Below the pieces are notes generated by a model that was not told where the DNA came from, ran no database searches, and was given only the letters and a program-made list of their open reading frames with translations. A DNA stretch of 64,000 nucleotides. It comes from Candidatus Nomurabacteria bacterium GW2011_GWE2_34_25. Its GTDB lineage: Bacteria > Patescibacteriota > Minisyncoccia > Phycocordibacterales > UBA9973. Below, piece by piece: positions 8,595 to 19,428 of the stretch; the stretch's first letter is position 1; the number at the start of each line of letters is the position of its first letter. The position numbers and the translations under genes were made by a program. The stretch covers positions 17,161-81,160 of the forward strand of contig LBPS01000005.1 in NCBI GenBank assembly GCA_000990325.1. The letters are read 5' to 3'.

Positions 8595-10490
8595 ATGAGT
8601 AAAATTATAGGTATCGATTTGGGTACAACAAATAGTGCAGTGGCTATCATTGAAGGTGGTCAACCAAAAATTATTGAGAATATCGAGGGTGCTCGTACAA
8701 CTCCATCAGTGGTAGCAATTACCAAGAATGGTGATCGTATGGTGGGTCTTCTAGCGAAGCGTCAAGCAGTGACGAATCCTGAAAATACTGTTTACGGTAT
8801 TAAGAGATTCATTGGTCACATGTACGATGATCCAGAAATTCAGAAAGACGAGAAGACTATTCCTTACAAAATTCAGAAAGGAAGTACTGGTGGAGTAGAA
8901 ACAAAGATTGGAGATAGTTGGCTACGCCCAGAAGAGATTTCCGCTATGATTTTAAGTAAGATTAAGGCAGATGTAGAAGCAAAGCTCGGTGAGAAGATTA
9001 CTGAAGCAGTTATTACAGTTCCTGCATATTTCAACGATGCTCAGAGAAAGGCTACAAAAGACGCAGGGATCATCGCAGGACTTGATGTAAAACGTATTAT
9101 CAATGAACCTACTGCAGCTGCTCTTGCTTATGGATTTAATACAAAGAAAAATGAGAAGATTGTTGTCTACGACTTTGGAGGAGGTACGTTTGACGTGTCA
9201 GTTCTTGAAGTCGGCGATGATGTTATTGAAGTGAAGTCTACCGATGGCGATTCACACATGGGTGGTGAAGACATTGACCAGAAAATTGTGAAGTGGATTG
9301 CCGATGAATACAAGAAAGAATCAGGTATAGATGTTACTAAAGATATGCTCGCATTGCAACGTCTAAAGGAGGCTGCTGAGAAGACAAAGCATGAACTTTC
9401 AACAACAACAGATTCAGAAATAAATATTCCATTTATTACTTCAGATGCATCAGGACCAAAACATTTACTCTTGAAAATGTCTCGTGCGGTTCTAGAGTCT
9501 CTTGCAGAAGAGTATGTAACTCGTTCGATAGAAATTACAAAAAGAGCAGTTGAAGCTTCTCCATTTAAAATGGATGAAATTCATGAGATCATATTGGTTG
9601 GAGGTCAGACAAGAATGCCAAAGATTGTGGAAGAAGTAAAGAAATTGTTTGGTAAAGAACCAAATCGTTCAATCAATCCAGATGAAGTAGTAGCTCTCGG
9701 TGCTGCAGTACAAGCTGGAGTCCTACAGGGCGACGTACGCGACGTTCTTCTTCTAGACGTTATTCCACTATCTCTTGGAATAGAAACTCTTGGGAGGGTC
9801 GCCACAAAGCTCGTAGAACGCAACACAACCATACCTTCATCTAAGTCACAAATATTCTCAACTGCCGCAGACAATCAGACAAGCGTAGAAATACACATTA
9901 CTCAAGGTGAGCGTCCAATGGCAAGTGACAACAAGTCTCTCGGTAGATTTATCTTAGATGGTATTCCACCTTCACCACGAGGTATTCCTCAGGTGGAAGT
10001 TACCTTCGATGTAGATGCCAATGGAATCTTAAATGTGAAAGCCATGGACAAAGCTTCAGGCAAAGTTCAGTCAATTCGTATTGAAGCAAGTTCAGGACTT
10101 ACAGAAGCAGATATTAAAAAGATGCGAGATGAAGCAGAAGCTCATGCTGAAGAAGACGCTAAAAAGAAAGAATTAGCTGATCATAAGAATACAGCTGAAA
10201 TGATGATTTTCACAGCTGAGAAATCAGTCAAAGAATATGGCGACAAAGTTACTCCAGAAATAAAGACAGAAATAGAAAGTAAAATAACTGCGTTAAAAAC
10301 TGCAAAAGAAGGCAACGACATGGAAGCTATAAAGAAAGCAACAGAAGAACTTTCAAATGAAATGTCGAAAATTGGCGATAAGGCTCCAGAAGAGCAAGGC
10401 CCAGAAATAAGAGATGCGGAAACTACTGAAAGTAGTGCAGGTGCTGACAAAGGAAGTGCAGAAGTAAATGAAAATCCAGAACAGAAATAG
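8595..10490 (+). CDS. dnaK: Chaperone DnaK
   Basis: [22 protein letters not shown] motifs. Confidence 0.99.
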   Translation: MSKIIGIDLGTTNSAVAIIEGGQPKIIENIEGARTTPSVVAITKNGDRMVGLLAKRQAVTNPENTVYGIKRFIGHMYDDPEIQKDEKTIPYKIQKGSTGGVETKIGDSWLRPEEISAMILSKIKADVEAKLGEKITEAVITVPAYFNDAQRKATKDAGIIAGLDVKRIINEPTAAALAYGFNTKKNEKIVVYDFGGGTFDVSVLEVGDDVIEVKSTDGDSHMGGEDIDQKIVKWIADEYKKESGIDVTKDMLALQRLKEAAEKTKHELSTTTDSEINIPFITSDASGPKHLLLKMSRAVLESLAEEYVTRSIEITKRAVEASPFKMDEIHEIILVGGQTRMPKIVEEVKKLFGKEPNRSINPDEVVALGAAVQAGVLQGDVRDVLLLDVIPLSLGIETLGRVATKLVERNTTIPSSKSQIFSTAADNQTSVEIHITQGERPMASDNKSLGRFILDGIPPSPRGIPQVEVTFDVDANGILNVKAMDKASGKVQSIRIEASSGLTEADIKKMRDEAEAHAEEDAKKKELADHKNTAEMMIFTAEKSVKEYGDKVTPEIKTEIESKITALKTAKEGNDMEAIKKATEELSNEMSKIGDKAPEEQGPEIRDAETTESSAGADKGSAEVNENPEQK

Positions 10491-10499
10491 GAAATTGAA

Positions 10500-10636
10500 T
10501 AAATAAAAGACTTACTGAAAACAGCTTCTCCTCTCGGGTCCGCATAATTTCTTGCTAGAAATTTGCTCATTGCTCGGCTCGTCAGCCTGCGCCGGCCCCT
10601 CGCTGAAAACTATTTTCATGCAGTCTTTGTATTTAT
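10500..10636. repeat. Structured intergenic element, family A copy 1
   Basis: 40 nt (10536-10575) identical to 49744-49783; flanked by inverted arms. Confidence 0.8.
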
Positions 10637-10651
10637 GCTAATATATAAACT

Positions 10652-11740
10652 ATGCCCAAAGATTATTACAAAACATTAGGAGTAGATAAGAATGCTTCGA
10701 AGGAAGAGATTAAGAAAGCTTTCCATAAGCTGGCTCATGCTCATCATCCAGACAAGAATAAAGGTGATGATAAAAAGTTTAAGGAAATAAATGAAGCTTA
10801 TCAGGTTCTTTCGGATGACAAGAAGCGAGCTTCTTTCGATCAATTTGGTAATGCCGATGGACCTCAGGGCTTCGGTGGCGGAGGATTTGGGGGACAAGGA
10901 GGATTTGGAGGGTTTGATTTCACAGGGCAGAATGGTGGAGTGGAATTTGATATGGGTAACCTAGGAGATATCTTCGGAGACTTTTTCGGTGGGGGTATGG
11001 GACGTAGTCAAAAAGTTAAGAAAGGTAGAGACGTACAGACGGAAATAACCCTAACTTTCGAAGAAGCTATTTTTGGTGTAGATAAAAATATAAAAATAAA
11101 TAAGCAGTCAGTCTGTAGTATTTGTGGTGGTACAGGGGCGAAAGTTGGCACCAAAATGAATACTTGTAACACTTGCGATGGGCAAGGGCAAGTACGAGAG
11201 GTTCGTCGTTCTATACTTGGCAACTTTGCGACGACGAAAACTTGCGAGACTTGTTTTGGAAAAGGAAAAGTTCCTTCTGAAAAGTGTAGTAACTGTAAGG
11301 GTGCTGGTGTAGTAAGGAAAGATGAAGAAATAAGTCTAAATATTCCGTCAGGTATAAATAATGCTGAGACTCTTCGTGTACGTGGGAGGGGCGAAGCTAT
11401 ACAAGGAGGAGAGGCTGGGGATTTGTACGTGAAGCTCGATGTGAAGTCGCACCCTGTTTACACTCGTGAAGGGCAAAACTTAATGATGGATTTGAATATT
11501 AAACTCACAGATGCACTCCTCGGTATGACTTACAACTTGAAAACTCTTGATGGGAAGAACATGGAAGTGAAAATTCCTGAAGGTATAAACAATGGTGAGA
11601 TGCTTCGTGTAAAAGGTAAAGGTGTACCAACTACTCACGGCAAAGGCGATACCATCATCCGTATTCACGTAAACATGCCATCCAAACTTTCCCGCAAAGC
11701 AAAAGAGTCTATCGAAAAGCTAAAAGAAGAGGGAATCTAA
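10652..11740 (+). CDS. dnaJ: Chaperone DnaJ
   Basis: HPD motif, G/F region, four CxxCxGxG repeats. Confidence 0.99.
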   Translation: MPKDYYKTLGVDKNASKEEIKKAFHKLAHAHHPDKNKGDDKKFKEINEAYQVLSDDKKRASFDQFGNADGPQGFGGGGFGGQGGFGGFDFTGQNGGVEFDMGNLGDIFGDFFGGGMGRSQKVKKGRDVQTEITLTFEEAIFGVDKNIKINKQSVCSICGGTGAKVGTKMNTCNTCDGQGQVREVRRSILGNFATTKTCETCFGKGKVPSEKCSNCKGAGVVRKDEEISLNIPSGINNAETLRVRGRGEAIQGGEAGDLYVKLDVKSHPVYTREGQNLMMDLNIKLTDALLGMTYNLKTLDGKNMEVKIPEGINNGEMLRVKGKGVPTTHGKGDTIIRIHVNMPSKLSRKAKESIEKLKEEGI

Positions 11741-11769
11741 CCAGATAGGGGTTAAACCCCTATCTGGTT
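11739..11769 (+). terminator. Triloop palindrome / terminator after dnaJ
   Basis: aaccagataggggt-taa-acccctatctggtt followed by T-run. Confidence 0.75.
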
Positions 11770-11877
11770 TTTCTTTACAAATTCGCTCATTTTGTTATGA
11801 TATATTCTATTATTATGTTTATTACAGGCCTAAGTACTACGAGATATTTTCTGGTGCAGATGGTTTGGTAAAATGAA

Positions 11878-13263
11878 ATGACAAAACGTTCAATTACTTC
11901 TAAGAAACTTTGGAAGCTAGGGGTCAATGATTTCAACACTCAATATTTTGATTTTAATAAGGAGGGGGATCTAATTATAAAGGAGGGGCACAATATATAT
12001 AATGTTAAATATTTGGCCGAAAAATTTGGGACATCATTAGAAATATTGATGCCTTTTGTCATTGAAGAAAGACTGGAAGACTTCCTAGATCTTACAGCTG
12101 CACTTTCAAAGAAAGTAGGATACAAGGGTAAATTCTTCTACCACTATCCGATGAAAGTAAACCAGAGTAAGGAGATAGTCATGTCTATCGTCGGTGAAGG
12201 TGCTCACCTTGAGACTTCGTCTTACAACGAACTTTGGCTTGTGAAGAAGATGCTTGAACAAGAAACCTTCAATCCAAACATTCGTATTCTTTGCTCCGGA
12301 CCAAAAACTGATAAATATATAAATCTTATAGACGATCTTCAACACAAAGGAGTGAAGATCTTTCCACTTATTGAAGGCCCCAATGAGCTTAAGTTTTTAC
12401 AGTATTCTAAATACGATGTTGGCATAAGACTTGATATGCCTATCAAGGCAAGCTCGTACTGGAACAAGCCGATAGACCGCTTTGGATTCTCCTCTAAAGA
12501 AATTCTAGAAATGGGCTCATTTAAGAATCTAAAAATTCTTCACTATCACATAGGTTCACAGATTGAGAAGCTCTCAGATGTCTTGGGTCCTATAAAGTAT
12601 GCTCTTGATGTATTCTTTAAGCTTAAAGAGAAGAATCCATCACTTGATACTCTAGATATCGGTGGAGGTATGCCTATCCCTTACATGAGGACAAAGGGTT
12701 ACCCTGTCGATAAATTAATGGAGAAAATTTTGAAACTTATAAAAACAGAATCAGAAAAGAGGGAACTTCCTCATCCAAATCTAGTTTGTGAATGGGGTCG
12801 CTATATAGTAGCACCAGCTCAAATTTCAGTATTTAAAGTTATTGATACGAAAAGGATTTCAAATAAAAAGAGTCCAGCTAAGAAGTGGTACGTTATCGAT
12901 GGAAGCTTCATGAACGACCTGCTTGATACTTGGTCTATTGGTCAGAAGTGGGCTATTTCTCCGGTAAATAATAAAAGAGACGGAGAACTTACAGATGTAT
13001 GGCTAGCAGGCTCTTCGTGTGACTCAGATGATGTATATACAGGTATTGATGGTTCAGTAACTCTTCCGGATTATAATTCAAATAATGGCGACGGAGAGCC
13101 TATGTACATAGTAGTCTACGATACTGGAGCTTACCAGACTTCGCTTGCTGCTCAGCATTGTATGCTTTCCTCCCCAATGAAAATAGTAGCTGAGAACGGG
13201 CATATTGTAGTTGCTCGTAAGCATGAATCCCCTGAAGATATTGGGAAAAACTTTGGGTGGTAG
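11878..13263 (+). CDS. PLP-dependent group IV decarboxylase, probably short arginine decarboxylase
   Basis: YPMKVNQ PLP lysine, HYHIGSQ, DIGGG, CDSDD, GAYQ; agmatine-pathway neighbours. Confidence 0.8.
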   Translation: MTKRSITSKKLWKLGVNDFNTQYFDFNKEGDLIIKEGHNIYNVKYLAEKFGTSLEILMPFVIEERLEDFLDLTAALSKKVGYKGKFFYHYPMKVNQSKEIVMSIVGEGAHLETSSYNELWLVKKMLEQETFNPNIRILCSGPKTDKYINLIDDLQHKGVKIFPLIEGPNELKFLQYSKYDVGIRLDMPIKASSYWNKPIDRFGFSSKEILEMGSFKNLKILHYHIGSQIEKLSDVLGPIKYALDVFFKLKEKNPSLDTLDIGGGMPIPYMRTKGYPVDKLMEKILKLIKTESEKRELPHPNLVCEWGRYIVAPAQISVFKVIDTKRISNKKSPAKKWYVIDGSFMNDLLDTWSIGQKWAISPVNNKRDGELTDVWLAGSSCDSDDVYTGIDGSVTLPDYNSNNGDGEPMYIVVYDTGAYQTSLAAQHCMLSSPMKIVAENGHIVVARKHESPEDIGKNFGW

Positions 13264-13274
13264 TATAATACAAT

Positions 13275-13302
13275 AATTAATAATTACTAATTAATAATTA
13301 AA
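13275..13302. repeat. Heptamer tandem array (AATTAAT/AATTACT, 4 copies)
   Basis: aattaat aattact aattaat aattaaa. Confidence 0.5.
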
Positions 13303-13305
13303 TTT

Positions 13306-14325
13306 ATGCAAAATACAAATTTACCTACATTAGAATTTATTCTAAAGAATTATAAGAACTTCAATTCTCGTGCTACCAAGGATGCAACTATTGCTTACTG
13401 GCGACACATAGAGCGCGGTGGCAAGATGTTCTGGGCTGTCGGAGGGGCTATGTCTTCAGCACAGATGGGTATTACTCTTGCTCCAGCTATTCGCGAAGGA
13501 CTTATCTCTGGTATGTCTGTAACAGGTGCAAACTTGGAAGAATCTCTCTTTCGTCTTGTTGCTCATAATTCTTATAAAGATTTCCCAGATTACAGATATT
13601 TCACAAAAGAAGATGATACAAAGATTCTAGAAGATCGTATGCGTCGTGTGACAGATACAAGTATTCCTGAAGATGAAGCTTTCCGAGTGGTAGAGAAGCA
13701 GATAGTTCCTGTATGGAAAGAAAATACAGCCAATGGAGTTCGCAAATTCTGGCATGAGTACTTTTATGATCTTATAAAGAATATCGACAAAGAAAAGCAT
13801 GAAGGTAGGGCAGATGAGTGCTGGCTTCTTGCGGCCGCCGAGAACAATATTCCTATAGTTGTTCCAGGACATGAGGATTCAACTTTTGGAAATATTTTTG
13901 CTTCATATGTAAAGACTGGTGAGTGTAGTCCTAATATCGTAAAGTCAGGTATTGAGTATATGGCAGAGTTTTATGATCAATATCAAGAACTTTCCAAGGG
14001 TGAAGGAGTTGGATTCTTCCAAATTGGTGGTGGTATTTCAGGAGATTTTCCAATCTGCGTAGTTCCATCTATAAAATATGACTTACAAAAAGAAGTAAAG
14101 CCATGGGCTTATTTCTGTCAGATTTCAGATTCGACTACTTCATATGGTTCATACTCAGGAGCAACTCCAAACGAGAAGATAACTTGGGACAAGCTTACTA
14201 AGGATACTCCAATGTTCGTGATAGAATCCGATGCCACTATCGTATCACCACTTATGCTTACTGCTCTTCTAGAATGTAAAGCAAATCCTGAAAAAGCAAA
14301 TGAATTGATTAAAAAATTAGCATAA
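13306..14325 (+). CDS. Deoxyhypusine synthase-like protein (possible homospermidine synthase, SpeY-like)
   Basis: TGANLEE, IGGG, GSYSGATPNEKITWDK, ESDATIV motifs. Confidence 0.88.
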   Translation: MQNTNLPTLEFILKNYKNFNSRATKDATIAYWRHIERGGKMFWAVGGAMSSAQMGITLAPAIREGLISGMSVTGANLEESLFRLVAHNSYKDFPDYRYFTKEDDTKILEDRMRRVTDTSIPEDEAFRVVEKQIVPVWKENTANGVRKFWHEYFYDLIKNIDKEKHEGRADECWLLAAAENNIPIVVPGHEDSTFGNIFASYVKTGECSPNIVKSGIEYMAEFYDQYQELSKGEGVGFFQIGGGISGDFPICVVPSIKYDLQKEVKPWAYFCQISDSTTSYGSYSGATPNEKITWDKLTKDTPMFVIESDATIVSPLMLTALLECKANPEKANELIKKLA

Positions 14326-14345
14326 AGCTTCGCTTTTAAAATCAG

Positions 14346-15218
14346 ATGTTAAAGAAAAAATTAGTAAAAGTAGGATTGATACAAAGTAAGGTATCAAATG
14401 ATTTAAAATCAAATTTAGAGAAAACTTTAAAGATGGTAGAATCTGTTGCTAAGAAGGGTGCAGAGATTATTTGCCTTCAGGAGCTTTACAAAACTCCGTA
14501 CTTTCCAAACAAAAAAGGAGTAGATGTAGGTATTTTCACCGAGACTATTCCCGGAGAGTCCACTGAAGCATTTAAGAATATTTCTAAGAAGTATGGATGT
14601 TCTATAATTCTACCAATTTACGAGAAATCTAAGTCAGGTAAATTATTTAATACAGTAGTTGTCTTAAATGATAAGGGTGAACTCCAGCCAAGCTATCGCA
14701 AGATTCATATTCCTCATGACCCATCTTTTTATGAAAAAGATTATTTTGAGGAAGGGGACAATGGCTATCAACTTTTTAAACATAAAGATATCACTTTTGC
14801 AGTACTGATATGTTTTGACCAATGGTTTCCAGAGGCTGCTCGTATGGCTAAGCTCTCTGGTGCAGAAATAGTTTTCTACCCTACAGCTATAGGTACGATC
14901 ATAGGTGAGAAGCAAGTGGAAGGCGATTGGCACAATGCTTGGGAGACTGTCATGCGTGGGCATGCTATAGCCAATAGCTTCCCTGTGGTGGCAGTGAATA
15001 GAACGGGGGTTGAAGGTAAGTCGAAGTTCTGGGGTCAGTCTTTTATAACGGACGCTTTTGGAAAAGTTCTTAAGAGAGCAAGTAAAGACAATGACGAAGC
15101 TATCGTAGGGACCTTGGATTTATCCATGAATGATTATATATCTGAAAGTTGGGGCTTTTTAAGGAATCGCAGACCAGATACATACAAATTAATAACTGAT
15201 AAAAATATTAAGAAATAG
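14346..15218 (+). CDS. aguB: N-carbamoylputrescine amidase (carbon-nitrogen hydrolase)
   Basis: CLQEL, YRKIHIP, ICFDQWFPEAAR, FLRNRRPD motifs. Confidence 0.88.
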   Translation: MLKKKLVKVGLIQSKVSNDLKSNLEKTLKMVESVAKKGAEIICLQELYKTPYFPNKKGVDVGIFTETIPGESTEAFKNISKKYGCSIILPIYEKSKSGKLFNTVVVLNDKGELQPSYRKIHIPHDPSFYEKDYFEEGDNGYQLFKHKDITFAVLICFDQWFPEAARMAKLSGAEIVFYPTAIGTIIGEKQVEGDWHNAWETVMRGHAIANSFPVVAVNRTGVEGKSKFWGQSFITDAFGKVLKRASKDNDEAIVGTLDLSMNDYISESWGFLRNRRPDTYKLITDKNIKK

Positions 15219-16271
15219 ATGACAGAAACCCCGAAAGAATTAGGTTATAGTATGCCAGCAGAATGGGAAAAGCATTCAGCTGTTTGGCTTGCATGGCCGT
15301 ATGATGTTACGACTTTTCCAAACATTGTTCCAGATGTAGAAATTAGTTATTGTGAGATTATAAAGGCATTAGAAGGAAGTGAGAAGGTGAATTTAATAAT
15401 CCGCACAAGTGGAAAAGAAAGAATAGAAAAGATGCTTATAGATTCTGGTGCGGATATGAATAATATTGTTTTCTTTGAGGAGAATTATGGAGATGTCTGG
15501 ACTCGCGACTATGCTCCTATAACACTATTTAATAAAGAAAAGAATAATAAAGTTTATGTAAAGTGGAACTACAATGTTTATGGAAAGGGACACGAAGCAT
15601 ATTTTGCTGACTTAGTGAAGGATGATAAAGTTTTCAACAACATTATAGATGAATCAAAATACAAAGTTTACAGGCCTGAGGTAGTCCTCGAAGGTGGAGC
15701 CATAGAGAGTAATGGCCGTGGTACTCTTATGACGACAGAGCAATGCCTTCTTAATTTCAATAGGAATGGAGATTTCAGTAAGGAGCAATATGAAAAATAT
15801 TTAAAGGATTACTTAGGGGTAGAAAATATTATCTGGTTGAAGAATGGTATTATCAATGATCATACCGATGGGCACATAGACGAAGTGGCTCGTTTTGTTG
15901 CCCCAGATACGATAGTCTGTGCATATGAAGATGATATAAATGACCCTAATTTCCATATTTTAGATGATAATTTCAGTATTCTGACAAATGCTGTTGATAA
16001 AGATGGCAATAAATTTAAGGTTATAAAGCTCCCTATGCCTCATATGGATTATGACGATGGAGTGAAGGCTCCTGTGTCATATGCCAATTTTTATATTGGA
16101 AACTCTGTTGTATTAATGTCAGTTTTTAATGACGAGAATGATGAGAAAGCGAAAGGTATTATTCAGTCTTTGTTCCCAAATCATAAAATAATAGGTATTG
16201 ATTGCACTAAAATCATTTACGGGGGTGGAGCTATCCATTGCATGACAATGCAGGAATATTCAGATAGATAA
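15219..16271 (+). CDS. aguA: Agmatine deiminase
   Basis: MPAEWE, WTRD, EGGAIE, DHTDGHID, GGGAIHCMT motifs. Confidence 0.93.
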   Translation: MTETPKELGYSMPAEWEKHSAVWLAWPYDVTTFPNIVPDVEISYCEIIKALEGSEKVNLIIRTSGKERIEKMLIDSGADMNNIVFFEENYGDVWTRDYAPITLFNKEKNNKVYVKWNYNVYGKGHEAYFADLVKDDKVFNNIIDESKYKVYRPEVVLEGGAIESNGRGTLMTTEQCLLNFNRNGDFSKEQYEKYLKDYLGVENIIWLKNGIINDHTDGHIDEVARFVAPDTIVCAYEDDINDPNFHILDDNFSILTNAVDKDGNKFKVIKLPMPHMDYDDGVKAPVSYANFYIGNSVVLMSVFNDENDEKAKGIIQSLFPNHKIIGIDCTKIIYGGGAIHCMTMQEYSDR

Positions 16272-16341
16272 TTATAATTTAGTCCTACATTCAATAAGTA
16301 ATTATTTATAATTTGTGATATAATATACTCACAATTAATTT

Positions 16342-16962
16342 ATGGATATAGATATCAGATTTTTACTAGGTATTGTTGCGGGAGTTATAGCTTTTTCTGC
16401 GTACATTATTTATATCATTTCTATCATACGCGGTGGATCAAAACCCAATAGGGCAACTTGGTGGATTTGGTCTTTTATGGGATTAGTTTTAGCTGTTAGT
16501 TACTATTTTTCAGGAGCAGGGAATACAATTTGGGTTCCAATTGTTGAATTTATTGGACCATTTTCTATTGCGATTCTTTCTATTAAATATGGTGAGGGTG
16601 GGCTTGAAAATAAAACAGATTTATATTGTATTTTTGGTGCAGTATTAAGTATTATACTTTGGATTATTTTTGATAATGCTGTTATTGCTTTAGTGACAAA
16701 TCTTATAACTGATACATTTGCAATAATTCCAACCATTAGAAAATCTTATAATAGACCAGAGGGAGAAGATTTTTCTGCTTGGTTTGGTACAGGATTAGCT
16801 GATACCATGAATTTATTTGCGGTTGAAAGAGGAACATTTGGAATATTGGTTTATCCTATATATATGCTTGTTTCTGATTTGATTATTATTATTATTTTAT
16901 TAATTAAGAAACCCAAGAAAGGTCTCTTTAACTTTTTACGTAAAGAAAATGGAAATATATAA
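16342..16962 (+). CDS. Hypothetical multi-pass membrane protein
   Basis: About 6-7 TM helices; KPNRATWWIW and PTIRKSY motifs. Confidence 0.75.
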   Translation: MDIDIRFLLGIVAGVIAFSAYIIYIISIIRGGSKPNRATWWIWSFMGLVLAVSYYFSGAGNTIWVPIVEFIGPFSIAILSIKYGEGGLENKTDLYCIFGAVLSIILWIIFDNAVIALVTNLITDTFAIIPTIRKSYNRPEGEDFSAWFGTGLADTMNLFAVERGTFGILVYPIYMLVSDLIIIIILLIKKPKKGLFNFLRKENGNI

Positions 16963-17488
16963 AGGTGAAAGTAAGTTGCACGGTGTTGGATTGTTTGCTT
17001 TAAAAAACATAAAGAAAGGAAAGATTGTTTTAGTTGTAAAGGGGGAAAGAATAAAATTTTTAATTGATAGTGATGATCAGGCAAAAACTGCTGAATTAAA
17101 TTGGTTTGGATTTTCAAAGAACACTTGGATTGGTGTTAGTAATAATCTTTGTGATTTTATTAATCATTCTTGTAATCCTAATGTAGGAGTTAAAGGTCAG
17201 GTTACTCTTGTTGCCATAAGAGATATCAAGAAAGACGAAGAAATTACATTAGACTACTCTTTAAATGAAGCTGATATATTTTGGAACATGAAATGTAATT
17301 GTGGAGAGAAAAATTGTCGTAAGATTATAAAATCAATACAATTTATATCTAAAGAAAAATATAAAAAATATAAAAAATATATTCCTCAGTATTTTAAGAA
17401 TGTATTTTTAAATTTTAATATATTAAACTTTAAAAACATAGAAGAACTCAAAATTAAATGGGTGGATTTCTTAAAAAGTAATTTTTAG
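16949..17488 (+). CDS. SET-domain lysine methyltransferase-like protein
   Basis: GVGLFA, FINHSCNPN, EEITLDY, post-SET CNCGEKNCR. Confidence 0.92.
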   Translation: MEIYKGESKLHGVGLFALKNIKKGKIVLVVKGERIKFLIDSDDQAKTAELNWFGFSKNTWIGVSNNLCDFINHSCNPNVGVKGQVTLVAIRDIKKDEEITLDYSLNEADIFWNMKCNCGEKNCRKIIKSIQFISKEKYKKYKKYIPQYFKNVFLNFNILNFKNIEELKIKWVDFLKSNF

Positions 17489-17502
17489 TATATAATATAT
17501 TT

Positions 17503-17655
17503 ATGATTGATAAAAAGTCTAAAATTTTTCTAGGAGTACTTTCTTTTCTTGCCATGATTTCAATAGTTGCTGTTTATTATAAATATGTAATTATTAAAGA
17601 TTTTAATATAATTATAGATGAAGCTGAATTCAATCAATCCCTATCTGAAGAATAA
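17503..17655 (+). CDS. Small single-TM protein (50 aa)
   Basis: Manual translation MIDKKSKIFLGVLSFLAMISIVAVYYKYVIIKDF...; TATAAT just upstream; abuts the kinase gene. Confidence 0.6.
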   Translation: MIDKKSKIFLGVLSFLAMISIVAVYYKYVIIKDFNIIIDEAEFNQSLSEE

Positions 17656-17658
17656 TTT

Positions 17659-19335
17659 ATGGAAACATCAATACAAAAATTTATAGAATTATGTCAGTGG
17701 GATCCTTCAAGATTTTTGATTTTATCAAATAATGTGTTTGGGTCATTAATTTATTATTCTCATTTTATAGCTTTATTATTAGCGCTTATTGTTGGTGTTT
17801 ATGTATTTATTGTTGACAAAAAATCATTAGTTAATCGATTGTTATTTTTTATAATGATAGCTTTTTCAATTTGGGTTCTTTTAGATTTAGTTCTTTGGGC
17901 AAATGAGAAAAATTATCTTATAATGTTTTTTTGGTCACTAATTCTATTGGTTGAACCACTCATATATGCATTAAGTGTTTATTTTATTGATGTATTTATT
18001 GAAGGTAAGGATATAAGTTTCAAAAAGAAAGTTGGAATTTTTTCATTATTATTACCAATTATAATTTTATTACCTACTAAATTATCTTTGGTTGGATTTA
18101 ATTTGATGAATTGTTATAGAGAACCAATAGAAGGATTTATTGCAACTTATTATGTGTATTTTATTGAGATTTTATATATTTTTTGGATTATGTTTTTTAT
18201 CTTTAAGAAATATAAACAAGCAAAATCTGACAATAAAAAACAAATCTTTTTTATTGCATTTGGTGTTATATTATTTTTATTAAGTTTTGCTTCTGGAAAT
18301 ATCATAGGTAGTATTACTGATAATTGGACACTTGCACAGATTGGATTATTTAGTATGCCTATATTTGCAGGTTTTATAGGTTATATGATTGTCAGATTTA
18401 AAACATTTAATGTTAAATTACTTGGAGCAGAAGCACTTGTTTTTGCCCTAGGATTTATGGTTACTGCGATGCTTTTTGTTCGAAGAATAGAGAATGTGAA
18501 GGGTGTAGTTATTGCTACTCTCGTGTTTGTTATTATCCTTGGTTATATTCTTATAAAATCTGTTAAAAAAGAGGTTATGCAACGGGAGCAATTACAAATA
18601 CTGACTGAGCAACTTTTTGATGCCAATGAAAAATTAAAAGGGTTGGATAAGCTTAAGACAGAGTTCGTGTCACTTGCTTCACATCAGCTCCGAAGTCCTC
18701 TTACTGCTATAAAAGGCTATACTTCAATGCTTATAGATGGAGACTATGGAGAAATAAATAAGGAAGCAAAGGGCACAATAGAGAGGATTTTGGAATCTAG
18801 TAACAATTTGACAAAGGTTGTTGAGGATCTATTGAATGTTTCAAAAATCGAATCAGGTGGTATGAAATACGAGATGGCACCATTTGACTTAAATGAAATT
18901 GCTTCATCAATGGCAAAAGATCTGTCTATTACTGCGGAGAAGAAGGGCCTCAAGCTCAACTTCCTATCAGAAGGAGCTGCCGATTGTATTATAAAAGGGG
19001 ATAAGGAGAAGCTTCGCCAGGTAGTTCTTAACTTTATAGATAATTCTATTAAATACACAAAGACAGGTGAGATAAATGTGAAAGTAGAGAAAGTTAATAA
19101 CAAAGTGATATTCTCAGTGAAAGATACCGGAATGGGGATGACTCCAGAAATAAAGGAAACATTATTCCAAAAGTTCGCTCGTGGTGATGGAGCTCGCATG
19201 AATACATCAGGTTCGGGACTTGGTCTATATCTTACAAAAGAAATAGCCGAGGCTCACGGTGGCCGTGTATACGTTGAATCAGAAGGTATGGGTAAGGGTT
19301 CTACATTCTTCATGGAATTGAATGCAGTAAAGTAG
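17659..19335 (+). CDS. Membrane sensor histidine kinase (multi-TM input domain)
   Basis: ASHQLRSPL H-box, NFIDNSIKY, DTGMG, GSGLGL. Confidence 0.95.
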   Translation: METSIQKFIELCQWDPSRFLILSNNVFGSLIYYSHFIALLLALIVGVYVFIVDKKSLVNRLLFFIMIAFSIWVLLDLVLWANEKNYLIMFFWSLILLVEPLIYALSVYFIDVFIEGKDISFKKKVGIFSLLLPIIILLPTKLSLVGFNLMNCYREPIEGFIATYYVYFIEILYIFWIMFFIFKKYKQAKSDNKKQIFFIAFGVILFLLSFASGNIIGSITDNWTLAQIGLFSMPIFAGFIGYMIVRFKTFNVKLLGAEALVFALGFMVTAMLFVRRIENVKGVVIATLVFVIILGYILIKSVKKEVMQREQLQILTEQLFDANEKLKGLDKLKTEFVSLASHQLRSPLTAIKGYTSMLIDGDYGEINKEAKGTIERILESSNNLTKVVEDLLNVSKIESGGMKYEMAPFDLNEIASSMAKDLSITAEKKGLKLNFLSEGAADCIIKGDKEKLRQVVLNFIDNSIKYTKTGEINVKVEKVNNKVIFSVKDTGMGMTPEIKETLFQKFARGDGARMNTSGSGLGLYLTKEIAEAHGGRVYVESEGMGKGSTFFMELNAVK

Positions 19336-19358
19336 TAAGTAGTAAGAGTTATGCAAAC

Positions 19359-19403
19359 AAAAATTAAAATGCACTAGGTCTTGCCTAGTGCATTTTAATT
19401 TTT
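19359..19403. terminator. Triloop palindrome / bidirectional terminator between convergent genes
   Basis: aaaaattaaaatgcactaggt-ctt-gcctagtgcattttaattttt. Confidence 0.75.
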
Positions 19404-19428
19404 CATACTACATTCTGCTAGCTACTAT

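Noticed and set aside
10181-10570. Minus-strand ORFs starting [12 protein letters not shown] (also 49521-49778) as a paralogous protein family
   Set aside because: The shared N-terminus is just the family A repeat core read in antisense; the remainder is antisense to dnaK or rpmE.
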